Assembly: GCF_964204645.1 (NCBI RefSeq)
Contig: NC_134031.1
Span: 62,001-126,000 of the forward strand
Source: Tubulanus polymorphus
Taxonomy: Eukaryota; Animalia; Nemertea
Direction: 5' to 3'
Length of the DNA: 64,000 nucleotides
Shown here: in pieces, positions 1 to 14,236 of the stretch
Layout: each line of letters begins with the position of its first letter
Numbering within the stretch: the first letter of the stretch is position 1
Translations under genes and position numbers: made by a program
Notes under the pieces: generated by a model
Told to the model about the DNA's origin: nothing
The model's database searches: none
What the model saw: only the letters and a program-made list of their open reading frames with translations

Positions 1-57
1 TATTGATTACGGGTTATTAAGGAATATAGAGTTTGTTCTATATGCTGTGTTTATAGG

Positions 58-678
58 TATATGTACGATGTCGTATATGTCGATTCCTACATTTATTCCT
101 GCTTTAGCCGTTCAGAAATCAATTGATTGGACACAAACCGCGTATTTCCTGTCCGCTTACGGAGTTACTAATATGATCGGTCGTTTGGTATCCGGATTTA
201 TTTTTGATTGTAGTAAAATTCGTCCGATTCGTCGGTATATTTATAATATTACTCCGTTTTTATTATTTATAACAATGATAATGTTTCCGTTAGCGACCGG
301 GTTTACCGGGTTTATCTTATGCTCGTTGTGTTACGGTTTAAGTAATGGTTTATTTGTTTCTCAGATCGCTAGTATTCTTGCGGATATCGTCGGGGCCGAC
401 CGGTTCTCCGGTTCTATCGGTATCGTAACGTTCTTCCGAGGGTTCGGAGTCATGGTCGCTCCAGTTGTCGGAGGTAAGTTATTCAAATTGCTCCGACGAC
501 GAATTTGTGCGAAATACTGGTTTTAATTGTTGTGTATTCTATATTTTCAGGACATATAAAAGATGTAACCGGTAGTTACGATTATCTGTTTTATATGAAC
601 GGAGGTTTAGCCGTTTTATCCGGGATTATATTCGTAATCGCGAATATCTATCATTATCGCCATCAATCATCGTCCTAA
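58..678 (+). CDS. Monocarboxylate transporter (SLC16/MFS), last two coding exons (about 58-473 and 551-678); 5' part outside window
   Basis: Hydrophobic TM segments with MCT-like motifs (GRLVSGFIFD, GADRFSGSIG, APVVGG|HIKDVTGSYD); GT..AG intron 474-550; TAA at 676-678. Confidence 0.8.
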
Positions 679-965
679 CTCCGCCCCCATTCTTCGAGGT
701 GACTCCGCCCCCATTCCTCGCGATAACTCCGCCCACTACCGACAAAAGAAGTATATTATACCATATTTTCCTAAAAATATATTTGACGAATATATTTTAT
801 ATTATTAATATACGATAAATTTATTATAAATTAATCCGAAAAATTGACATCGAATAAAATCTAAAATTTTATCAAGTTATGTATAAATTTCATACGAATA
901 TAAATAAATATATTTATAATAAATTATGAATGCGTTATTTTCGTAATTTTTTAAAGAGGAATTGA

Positions 966-2036
966 TTAAAATAAATGACTTAAATAGAAAGTAGTTTCCT
1001 GAATGATTGCATATGTATAAACACGTAATATATAGAACAATGTTAATACATCATGAGTACTGAATATTGTATCGGCTAAACCAAACGTTAGAGTGGAAGG
1101 GATGAATCCACGTCCGTATTCCAGCATCCACGTTCCACCGTGGAATGTAACCGATGTAGCATCTCCCCAAACATGTTTCACCGTATCACCTAGAAATATC
1201 AGACAAACAGCGCATCGATGGCATTACTTCGCAATTATTCCCACAAGGTGGCGCCTCAGAGGCGAGACAATTCTTACCAGCAACAAACGTGTGATTGGTC
1301 AACGTTCCTTCCTTCCATTGAGTCATAGCACCTGAGAGTAAAGTGTCCGATACATTCACCAGATATCTACCTGAAATCATCGAATCGATACTCATTGAGT
1401 AAAAGTAGAGTACTGGAGGGGTATAACTTACAACAGGAGGAGGGAGTTTACTAACCGGAATGTCCTGTAGTATATACAGCAGATCCAAAGAACAGTATAT
1501 ATTCAGTAAGAGATGCGTGTATTACATTAATACTTCCCATCCATCCACCACAGTTTATAAAAACCCACTGTAAATATTCATCTGATAAAATGTGTCCATC
1601 ATATCTTTCTCTCAAATCATTCAGTATTAATTTCATAGAGGTTTCAGCGTCCAGATGTTTATCTGTAAAATACAAGTTACATTAGTATCCTCCAGGACAG
1701 GAATAACGGAGGGTTCTTCTAGCAGAAAGTTGTAACTTGACGCGAGACTCAGAGGAAAGATCTTGACAATGATATCATCGTGGTTGGTGTTGTGAGGATG
1801 GTAAGTAGAAAGGGTTAGGGGAGTACGGTGCTCTACTTGGTTGGGGAACAAGGCCGGCTTATTTTAGACTATGTCACTAGGGATTGTGGATACTAACCAG
1901 TGATGATATGTCTCCTGGCAAGTGAATGTAACTCATCTTCATCTATTAAATACTGTTTGTTTTTAATCCACGAGTGAATGAGAAATATAGAAACGGCAAC
2001 AATAAATAGTTTAAACAAACAACTAATCGCAGTCAT
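966..2036 (-). CDS. SIGMAR1: Sigma non-opioid intracellular receptor 1 (ERG2/sigma-1 family); exons 2036-1898, 1662-1456, 1370-1278, 1189-966
   Basis: Spliced protein [23 protein letters not shown]...[41 protein letters not shown]...[27 protein letters not shown]; phase-consistent GT-AG introns. Confidence 0.92.
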
Positions 2037-3887
2037 CCTGCTGCTGGCCTGGCTCCTCTCTGTCCTCCTTCAATCCTTCTCTTCGCGGCTTCTCCTTCAA
2101 CTAAGGCTGTAAATTAAAACATTCTTATTAAGTTCCTCTCGTTATAATTCACTTTCAGAATCGGGGAATCTATTGTACTCACTTCACTTTTAACAATCAA
2201 ACACTGGAATCGTATGAAATCAAAGTTCAGAGAGGAGATTATTATCAAGTGGCGTTACAGGTTCACGGTTCAAGTGCTTACACGGGACCCGAGGTCTGTT
2301 ACGCCATGTGTTTATCGTAAAATACTGGAACGTTGAATCTTTAATAGAAGGACATAATGAAAAGAATATAAAAAATTCATGTACACAATTTGAAATAGTT
2401 CCCCAAGAAGTAAGATCTAGCAGGAGTAACCCAAACGCCAGTGAGTGACCTAAAAACCCTAACCCTAATTGAACTCGAAACGACAGCGATCCCAAAGTCC
2501 AAATCGTACGCCTTATCATCAATTTCTTAAAAGTAGTAGCGGCAGTATTAGAAGGGGTCCACCATACATAAGTATATCCAGACGATGTGGTTTCAGGACA
2601 GAGGGAACTGATCACTGGAGGCTACTGCGGCAATCGAGGATCCAGAATTCTTTCCTAAACTTGAATCAAGAAGAAACAAGAGAAATTTCGCATTATTCTA
2701 GATTTTTATTTTCACAGCTGTCGGAAGTTAAATTCTACAATAAAACAGATAGATTATAATCTACCAAAAACCTCACCACAGACAATATACAATTCATTTA
2801 TGAACTGATTGAGAGTTCAATAGATCAATAGCAGGGTTCATAGTGCACATTCCAGGAAGCCAGGAATGCTGAAATCTATATTTTCCAGGAATTCATATAA
2901 TCAGTATAGATTTTAAGAGCTGTAACAGTGAACTTGTATCTGCAGATGATAACTAATGACTGATGCCACTGCAGGAGTTTTAGAGCCCATTCCACAATAC
3001 CCGAGGCTTTAAATTGATCCATCCCCATTTCAAAACTTTTAAAGACCTTCAAGGACTGCTATGAACCCCGCTATTGATAGTTCAATAGTAAACCCATTGA
3101 CTGTACAACTGTTATTTCGCACATTGTATTTACATCATGGTATCTTTGATACCAAACTCCACCTTTTGTAAATATACACCGACGCACCCTGGTGGTAATT
3201 GAATCAACTACTATACACATTGTCCCAACCCGCTATCAGTTACGACAAAAACCTTATATCATTGTTCAAAATTCTTACAACAAAACAATTGATTAGACAG
3301 TAATTATAGTAATACACCAAATAATGATATACTGGGTATATATATATATATATACATACCTACAGTTAGTAGACACTGATATTGTACAATTTACAATTTA
3401 TATAAAAAATTTCCACTCGTTTTTTAATATTTTTAAACAACAAATATACATCACGTATTATTAGCACTATTTATGTTTTTTCATACAACACGATTTAAAA
3501 GAGTTATAAAATTTGTTTTCGTTTGTTTTTTTTTAGATCTGTCTAAAGTTCATGATTTAGATCATTATTTTATCATTTAATGACAAAAACAATCTGTTTT
3601 AATGTGAAATACGTTGTGGCCGCGACCTGGCGGGAGACACCGCTGAGGCCCACAGCGGGAGGGCCCGCCAAGGCCCGGGTTTTAAAACAGCTTAAAGCCT
3701 AAGATTTCAATCACGAATTAAGAGATTTGTTCAGGTTTTAACCATCAAACATTTCGAAAATTTAAAACATTTGAAGAAAAAGAATTCAAATTTAAATGGA
3801 GAAAAAATTGTTTAGTTTTAATGATTGTATCCTCTCCACTAGCACCAATAAACCCACTCTTAAACACACACAGTTTTGGTTGCGTAT

Positions 3888-6800
3888 TTAAGTGGCAGAT
3901 GGCGCTTCAAGCATCTCCATTAAGAATGTATCAATAGGCGTATTACCGATGAGTTTAAAGAAAAACAAATGTTCCAAACATTTTAAACCAATGCTTCGTA
4001 ATGCTGGTAAACGCAGTAATAATTTAGCGAAACGACCTGGTTCATCGGGATACTGAGTTTTACAATATTCCTCCAATGATGCGTAAACTTTCTCTCTCAA
4101 TGATTCCACTTCTTGAACTGACTGCAAATTTTTAGCATCTGAAAAATATCCAAAATAAATTCCATAAAAACGAGCTCCAAATCAGAGTAAAGTGTGAGAG
4201 CACCTGTCAACCGCACAACATGGGGAGTTGTCGTCCCCTAACACACCACAACCCTAACCATTGCCTGTTGGGAGTCAAACAACTTAATCAATTTCCATGA
4301 AATTTGATGTAAACCGGGGTTAGGGGTTACAGAGGTATGATGTAAACCGGGGTTAGGGGTTACAGAGGTATGATGTAAACCGGGATTAGGGGTTACAGAG
4401 GTATGATGTAAACCGGGATTAGGGGTTACAGAGGTATGATGTAAACCGGGATTAGGGGTTACAGAGGTATGACGTAAACCGGGATTAGGGGTTACAGAGG
4501 TAAGATGTAAACCGGGGTTAGGGGTTACAGAGGTATGATGTAAACCGGGATTAGGGGTGACAGAGGTATGATGTAAACCGGGGTAAGGGGTTACAGAGGT
4601 ATGATGTAAACTGGGGTTACAGAGGTATGATGTAAACCGGGGTTAGGGGTTACAGAGGTATGATGTAAACCGGGATTAGGGGTTACAGAGGTATGATGTA
4701 AACCGGGGTTCGGGGGTTACAGAGGTGAGTGAAACATTACTACAAAAATACTAAAAGCAACTAAAAACATTAGAGAATAATTAAGCAAGCAAAATAAAAC
4801 TACTTAATAGTGTGCGCACTACAGGGTGATCAAATCAATCACTAGACTGTGTGGGCACTACCAGGTGATCAAATCAATCACTAAACTGTGTGCGCACTAA
4901 CAGGTGATCAAATCAATCACTAAACTGTGTGCGCACTAACAGGTGATCAAATCAATCACTAAACTGTGTGCGCACTAACAGGTGATCAAATCAATCACTA
5001 AACTGTATGGGCACTACCAGGTGATCAAATCAATCACTAAACTGTGTGGGCACTAACAGGTGATCATATCAATCAGTAGATCGCGTGCGCACAAACAGGT
5101 GATCAAATCAATAAGTACGTGTGCGCACTAACAGGTGATCAAATCAATCAGTAGATCGTGTGCGCACTACTACTAATACACGTAGGTATTGTTGAAATAA
5201 GTGCCAATAATTTGTGTTGTATGAGAAACTGGGATCCAGGATTTTAATACAAGGCAATCAGTAATAATTGTTGTTAATTGATGTACCTTTATTTGATGGT
5301 TCTCTTGCCCTGGATTTCCCAGTATTCTGCAGTAGTGGCTCTTAAATTATAAAACGTACATATTTTACCATCAAAATTTAATAATCAATTCATTTCTATT
5401 GATGGGGAAAATAGATTAAAATTACGTTATCTATTTATTTTAACCACTAGGTGGTGCTTTTTGAAATTACGACGAAGGTATTATTCCTACATGATCCACT
5501 AGGTGGCGTTTTATAACCCTATCTGATTCTGGAATTTTAGTCGCTCAAATATATGCTATAGGTGGCGCTGCAGTATTCATACATGCATCTGACAATAGAT
5601 GGCGCTAGTGATGTCGTAGATTGTGAGCAACAGAAAAAAAGCCTGATGCAAATTATATAACGAAGCAATTACTGAAAGCAATAGCGATAGATACATAGCG
5701 AGTACCGGCACGCCCTCTATACGTGAATAGAGACACCGATTGACTGACCGCACTCACCTGGATTGAATAACACTATAGCACGTAAACAGCCCAGTTCTGT
5801 TTTATCCATCTTCATTTCACGCATTTTAGCGACGAGTTCAGTAAGAACGCGGTCGAATATTGTACCGACTCCGGCCTGATGAGCGCTGCTACGGTGAACG
5901 TGTAAACCTGTAGCTAGTAATATACCATCTTTAACATGAATAGATCTATGTGAGAACGCAGCAATCAGCAGTTCATTCCATCCTACAAATATATACACAA
6001 TTATATTACATTCACACGGCACACATAGAGAAAGGGCACACTGTGGCACACATAGAGAAAGGGCACACTGCGGCACACATAGAGAAAGGGCACACCGCGG
6101 CACACATAGAGAAAGGGCACACTGCGGCACACATAGAGAAAGGGCACACTGTGGCACACATAGAGAAAGGGCACACTGCGGCACACATAGAGAAAGGGCA
6201 CACTGCGGCACACACAGAGAAAGGGCACACTGTGGCACACATAGAGAAAGGGCACACCGCGGCACACATAGAGAAAGGGCACACCGCGGCACACATAGAG
6301 AAAGGGCACACTGTGGCACACATAGAGAAAGGGCACACTGTGGCACACATAGAGAAAGGGCACACTGCGGCACACATAGAGAAAGGGCACACCGCGGCAC
6401 ACATAGAGAAAGGGCACACTGTGGCACACATAGAGAAAGGGCACACTGTGGCACACATAGAGAAAGGGCACACTGCGGCACACATAGAGAAAGGGCACAC
6501 TGCGGTCCACACAGAGAAAGGGCACACTGTGGCACACATAGAGAAAGGGCACACCGCGGCACACATAGAGAAAGGGCACACTGTGGCACACATAGAGAAA
6601 GGGCACACTGCGGCACACACAGAGAAAGGGCACACTGTGGCACACATAGAGAAAGGGCACACCGCGGCACACATAGAGAAAGGGCACACCGCGGCACACA
6701 TAGAGAAAGGGCACACTGTGGCACACATAGAGAAAGGGCACACTGTGGCACACATAGAGAAAGGGCACACTGCGGCACACATAGAGAAAGGGCACACCGC

Positions 6801-9800
6801 GGCACACATAGAGAAAGGGCACACTGGCACACATAGAGAAAGGGCACACTGTGGCACACATAGAGAAAGGGCACACTGCGGCACACATAGAGAAAGGGCA
6901 CACTGCGGTCCACACAGAGAAAGGGCACACTGTGGCACACATAGAGAAAGGGCACACCGCGGCACACATAGAGAAAGGGCACACTGTGGCACACATAGAG
7001 AAAGGGCACACTGTGGCACACATAGAGAAAGGGCACACTGTGGCACACATAGAGAAAGGGCACACAGCGGCACACATAGAGAAAGGGCACACTGCGGCAC
7101 ACATAGAGAAAGGGCACACTGCGGCACACACAGAGAAAGGGCGGCACACATAGAGAAAGGGCACACCGCGGCACACATAGAGAAAGGGCACATTGCGGCA
7201 CACATAGAGAAAGGGCACACCGCGGCACACATAGAGAAAGGGCACACCGCGGCACACATAGAGAAAGGGCACATTGCGGCACACATAGAGAAAGGGCACA
7301 CCGCGGCACACATAGAGAAAGGGCACACTGCGGCACACATAGAGAAAGGGCACACCGCGGCACACATAGAGAAAGGGCACACCGCGGCACACATAGAGAA
7401 AGGGCACACTGTGGCACACATAGAGAAAGGGCACACTGTGGCACACATAGAGAAAGGGCACACTGCGGCACACATAGAGAAAGGGCACACCGCGGCACAC
7501 ATAGAGAAAGGGCACACTGTGGCACACATAGAGAAAGGGCACACTGTGGCACACATAGAGAAAGGGCACACTGCGGCACACATAGAGAAAGGGCACACTG
7601 CGGTCCACACAGAGAAAGGGCACACTGTGGCACACATAGAGAAAGGGCACACCGCGGCACACATAGAGAAAGGGCACACTGTGGCACACATAGAGAAAGG
7701 GCACACTGCGGCACACACAGAGAAAGGGCACACTGTGGCACACATAGAGAAAGGGCACACCGCGGCACACATAGAGAAAGGGCACACCGCGGCACACATA
7801 GAGAAAGGGCACACTGTGGCACACATAGAGAAAGGGCACACTGTGGCACACATAGAGAAAGGGCACACTGCGGCACACATAGAGAAAGGGCACACCGCGG
7901 CACACATAGAGAAAGGGCACACTGTGGCACACATAGAGAAAGGGCACACTGTGGCACACATAGAGAAAGGGCACACTGCGGCACACATAGAGAAAGGGCA
8001 CACTGCGGTCCACACAGAGAAAGGGCACACTGTGGCACACATAGAGAAAGGGCACACCGCGGCACACATAGAGAAAGGGCACACTGTGGCACACATAGAG
8101 AAAGGGCACACTGTGGCACACATAGAGAAAGGGCACACTGTGGCACACATAGAGAAAGGGCACACAGCGGCACACATAGAGAAAGGGCACACTGCGGCAC
8201 ACATAGAGAAAGGGCACACTGCGGCACACATAGAGAAAGGGCGGCACACATAGAGAAAGGGCACACCGCGGCACACATAGAGAAAGGGCACATTGCGGCA
8301 CACATAGAGAAAGGGCACACCGCGGCACACATAGAGAAAGGGCACACCGCGGCACACATAGAGAAAGGGCACATTGCGGCACACATAGAGAAAGGGCACA
8401 CCGCGGCACACATAGAGAAAGGGCACACTGCGGCACACATAGAGAAAGGGCACACCGCGGCACACATAGAGAAAGGGCACACCGCGGCACACATAGAGAA
8501 AGGGCACACCGCGGCACACATAGAGAAAGGGCACACCGCGGCACACATAGAGAAAGGGTACACTGCGGCACACATAGAGAAAGGGCACACTGCGGCACAC
8601 AGAGAAAGGGCACACAGCTGCACACATAGAGAAAGGGCACACTGCGGCACACATAGAGAAATGGCACACTGCGGCACACACAGAGAAAGGGCACACTGTG
8701 GCACACATAGAGAAAGGGCACACTGCGGCACACATAGAGAAAGGGCACACTGCGGCACACATAGAGAAAGGGCACACTGCGGCACACATAGAGAAAGGGC
8801 ACACAGCTGCACACATAGAGAAAGGGCACACTGCGGCACACATAGAGAAATGGCACACTGCGGCACACACAGAGAAAGGGCACACTGTGGCACACATAGA
8901 GAAAGGGCACACTGCGGCATACAGAGAAAGGGCACACAGCTGCACACATAGAGAAAGGGCACACTGCGGCACACATAGAGAAAGGGCACACCGCGGCACA
9001 CATAGAGGAAGGGCACACTGCGGCACACATAGAGAAAGGGCACACTGCGGCACACATAGAGAAAGGGCACACTGCGGCACACATCGAGAAAGGGCACACT
9101 GCGGCACACATAGAGAAAGGGCACACAGCTGCACACATAGAGAAAGGGCACACTGCGGCACACATAGAGAAATGGCACACTGCGGCACATATTGCATACT
9201 AATAAACTCACCTGCTCGTAATAGAATAACTTGATCATCAAGGGGTAAATCAGCGAAATGTGGAATACGTTTTGCCCATTCAACTAATGTAAATAACTGT
9301 TTATCTGCAGCTTGACAAATATTCGTTACTGGATCCCTCTACAATTAAATATATGTATTTATAAATGACTGCCTCACTGACTGGACTGGACTGAATGACT
9401 GGACTGACTGAACTGGACTGACTGACTGGGCTGGACTGGACTGGACTGAACTGGACTGACCTGTGCGTCAACGTATGTATCAGTTTTTGGTTCGACCGCT
9501 ATTTCTGCCTCTAGGATACGCTCGACAGGCATATCATTATTAGCACTACTTGTACTTTCTACTTCTCCTTCTCCTTTATCTTTAACTCTTTGTCTTTCTT
9601 CTTGAACGGCTATAAAACAATACGCACAATCAACTCACACATAATCATCACTCGTTTCAGACTAATGTTATAAATCTGTAAAGATACAAACCTTCTCTTT
9701 TCATTCCCATCGATAAACATTTCATATATCTACAATATTGACATCTATTTCTCTGACGTTTATCGATGACACAATTTCTTTCATCTCGACACGCGTACGT

Positions 9801-12800
9801 TAGATCCTTACGTACTGTACGTTTAAAAAACCCTTTACATCCTTCACAACTACAATTTAATAGACGACGATTTACTTATAAAACATTTAGAAAAACAGAG
9901 GGACAGTTTATATTCATGGGAGGGAGTGAAGGGTGGGTGTAGTGTAGGGAGGGGTGGAGGGAATGGGTTAGGGGAGGGGAGGAGGGAGTTTAGGTAGGAG
10001 GGAGTTAAGGGGGAGTAGGGAGGCAGAGGGAGTAGGTTAGGGAAGGGAGGGGTGTGGAGGAGGGAATGGGTGGAGAGTTAAGGGAGGGGTGTGGAGGAGG
10101 GAGTGGGTGGAGGTGAGTTAAGGGAGGGGTGTGGAGGGAGTGGGTTAGGGAGGGAGTGGGTGGAGAGTTTAGGGAGGGGTGTGGAGTAGGGAGTGGGAGG
10201 AGAGTTTAGGGAGGGGTGTGGAGGAGGGAGTGGGTGGAGGTGAGTTAAGGGAGGGGTGTGGAGTAGGGAGTGGGTGGAGGTGAGTTAAGGGAGGGGTGTG
10301 GAGGGAGTGGGTTAGGGAGGGAGTGGGTGGGTGGTGAGTTTAGGGAGGGGTGTGGAGGAGGGAGTGGGTGGTGAGTTTAGGGAGGGGTGTGGAGGGAGTG
10401 GGTTAGGGAGGGAGTGGGTGGGTGGTGAGTTTAGGGAGGGGTGTGGAGGAGGGAGTGGGTGGTGAGTTTAGGGAGGGGTGTGGAGTAGGGAGTGAAGGGG
10501 AATATATTTACCTGTAAACCCCGTAATGTTTACCAGAAGCTCGATCACCACAAATAGAACAGATATGTTTATTAGATAAACCTTGTTGCGAAGACATCGT
10601 TGAACCAACAGTAGATTCAGGAGATGTTAAACTGGTCGGTGATTGAAGAGATGACATCGAACCCGGAGACGTCATTGATAACATCGATCCCGGTGAAGCC
10701 ATCGATGTAGGTGAATTTAAAGGCATCATCGAAGATGGTGACGTTACTAAAAATAGAAATCATCCGTTTAAAATCTATAAATAATATCAGATTCAGTTTC
10801 TATAGTGACTAATGGATAATGTGATTATAAAGCAGCAGCAGCAGCAGCAGTAGCAGTGAGGGGAGAGAGACTGGAGACTGAGAGGGGGGATTAAATACTA
10901 GCCTGATTCATTATCTTCCGACCAGTAAGACGCAGCAATAGGTCTACATACTAAAAACAATATATACATGCAAAGCATTATCAACTATTCCCTTAAGGCA
11001 TTTACTCCTAGTAGTAAAACTAGTTTTACTCCTAGTAGTAAAACTAGTTTTACTCCTAGTAGTAAAACTAGTTTTACTCCTAGTAGTAAAACTAGTCTAT
11101 CAATATGAAGTGAATTTACTCCAATGTCAAACATTGCGTAAGCGTAAATAATAAAACAAGTGATAAACTGAGCTGAGAGAAGCATTGTATTGAAGCAATA
11201 AGCAGTGAGGGGATTGAAGGAGTGGAGTTTAATACCTTGATGTGGCATGCCTGATGAATTAGACATCGCAGTCATCGCAGGAGACATCTGAGACGGTTGA
11301 GGAATTCCATGGGCTGCTCCGATACCAAAAAACGAACTGGCTGCAGATGAATTAATGGAACCTTGATTTAATGTATTTATATCTGGTTTGATATCGGGAG
11401 GTGACGATAGTGGAATCGACATCTGACTGTCCATATTAGTTAAACTGGTTGAATCAATTGAGTCTGGAAAATATAGAAATAACAACATGAAATGACAGCA
11501 GCTTCAATCATAGACAGCATACTGGCTGTCCCATACTAACAGACAGCTCATAGACAGCATACTGGCTGTCCAATACTAACAGACAGCTCATAGACAGCAT
11601 ACTGGCTGTCCCATACTAACAGACAGCTCATAGACAGCATACTGGCTGTCCAATACTAACAGACAGCTCATAGACAGCATACTGGCTGTCCCATACTAAC
11701 AGACAGCTCATAGGCAGCATACTGGCTGTCCAATACCAACAGACAGCTCATAGACAGCATACTGGCTGTCCCATACTAACAGACAGCTCATAGACAGCAT
11801 ACTGGCTGTCCAATACTAACAGACAGCTCATAGGCAGCATACTGGCTGTCCAACTAATGTCTGGAAATAAGTCTATTCAGGGTGCCTGTAATGACTGGTA
11901 GCATGCGTTTGTTGCCAGTCAATAAAATATTAATACCTGTTAGAAGTGTTGAAGCTGTAGGAATAAAGTGTAATATGTAAATCCCTCAGTTTTATCACAA
12001 AAATTGAAGTCACAGAATATATGAATTCATAATGCGATACTGACAAGTCTACTGAGGGAAGTGAGGATTCAGTGATGATCCACCAGGATCGCTAGTGGTA
12101 CTGGGTTACTGCGCTTCAATTTCCACATAGACAGCATACTGGCTGTCCAATACTAACAGACAGCTCATAGGCAGCATGGTCCATAGTCAGTAACCTGTCT
12201 GTGGTTTAGTTTCACGATCGGATATTTTCACAAACCACAGTCAGGAATGGGAAGGTCATTTTTGTATGAAATCTTCGTCAGCCAATTTGACTGACGAGTA
12301 ATTTGCCTGGCATTTCATTGTCTCTTAAGATATCCGTCTAATTTTTGTTGTAATCGACGCACAACAGATTCGTAGTTTGTCTGATACCTATAACACCTCA
12401 CCTGACGATCTTAATCCATGTGCAAATCGGCCGTAAAGTGAGAGTAAATTTCCGTAGAGTCAACAGCTGCCATTTTGAAAATTACTGGAGGTGCTGGCAC
12501 CTGTGGACTGAGGCCAGGACAACAGCACAAACTAACAAAGCGAAACGACGAAATTGAAAAATATTAAGAAATCAACACTTATTCACATTTTTCTTTTACC
12601 AGAATTTATTATTTAAATATTAATTAAGGAAAACACGAAGATTTGAAATATAGGTTGGAAAACCATCAAAAATAAAAATTGTCGTTTCGTCTTGGAAGTT
12701 TTATATAAATCCTTGTAGGTCCCCTTGTCTTATCATGCCACATGTGCAATACAGAGAAATGGCGGCCAATGGCGAAATTTGTGGAGAAATTAATTAATTT

Positions 12801-14205
12801 CTCAAAATAATGTTGATTAATCACTCGAAACATGCATAAAATTGGATTATTTCGAAAGGTACCTGTGTAAGTTTGTGAAATAAGCCATTAATTGTGGACT
12901 GAAGTGGATAGAAAGTATATTTTTGAAGTGTTACTTTTTTCAACCGTGTTTTGGCCCTTGTCATCCCTAACGTTGGTATAAGCCCATCCGATTATAAAAG
13001 CTTACCACCAACGATTAGGTAACTAACTACATGGTCCAATACTAACAACAGACAGCTCATAGGCAGCATACTGGCTGTCCAATACTCACAGACAGCACAC
13101 TGGCTGTCCAATACTAACAGACAGCTCATAGGCAGCATACTGGCTGTCCAATACTAACAGACAGCTCATAGGCAGCATACTGGCTGTCCAATCTAACAAA
13201 CAGCTCATAGACAGCATATTGGCTGTCCAATACTAAAGCCTAGCGCACATCGACACTGCGATTGGAGACAACTAGTTGCAAGGCAGTTTTCGGCGCATGA
13301 GAGGAACTGGCTGGATACGATCAGTTGCTCGAATGTGTCGATGTGAGCGAGCTTATGATTGGTAAGCGTCGATCTATCTCCAGTTCCAGCCAGTTGCCCA
13401 TGTTCTACTTTTGAGCAACTGGTTGTACTCAATCGCAGTCATATCCGTCGATGTGCGCGCTCTGGATTTCGACGATCGACACGCGCCATGCAGTTGCTGC
13501 AACTGACCGGTTGTCACTAGATTTAGATGTGCGCGGGGTAATCGTTCGGTAGCAACTAGTCTCCGATCGCAGTGTCGATGTGCGCTAGGTTTAACAGACA
13601 GCTCACAGACACCACACTGGCTGTCCAATACTAACAGACAGCTCACAGACACCACACTGGCTGTCCAATACTAACAGACAGCTCACGACACCACACTGGC
13701 TGTCCAATACTAACAGACAGCTCATAGACAGCATACCGGCTGTCCAATACTAACAGACAACTCATAGACAGCATACCGGCTGTCCAATACTAACAGACAA
13801 CTCACAGACAGCATACCGGCTGTCCAATACTAACAGACAGCTCACAGACACCACACTGGCTGTCCCATACTAACAGACAGCTCATAGACAGCATACCGGC
13901 TGTCCAATACTAACAGACAGCTCATAGACAGCATAACGGCTGTCCAATACTAACAGACAGCTCATAGACAGCATACTGGCTGTCCAATACTAACAGACAG
14001 CTCATAGACAGCACACCGGCTGTCCAATACTAACAGACAGCTCATAGACAGCATACCGGCTGTCCAATACTAACAGACAGCTCATAGACAGCATACCGGC
14101 TGTCCAATACTAATAGAGTTAGTGTATCCATATGGTATAGAGTATCGTACAGCACTTACCCCTACTGTGTTTCATGTAATATTTCAATGGATATTTCAGT
14201 GACAG

Positions 14206-14236
<31 letters not shown>

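Noticed and set aside
2220-2759. Overlapping 131-aa and 96-aa ORFs
   Set aside because: No recognisable motifs; they lie in the SIGMAR1 upstream / RXR downstream non-coding interval
5717-9283. Cys-rich and His-rich ORFs of 767-1188 aa
   Set aside because: Translations of a 27-bp intronic satellite; only the flanking RXR exon parts are real
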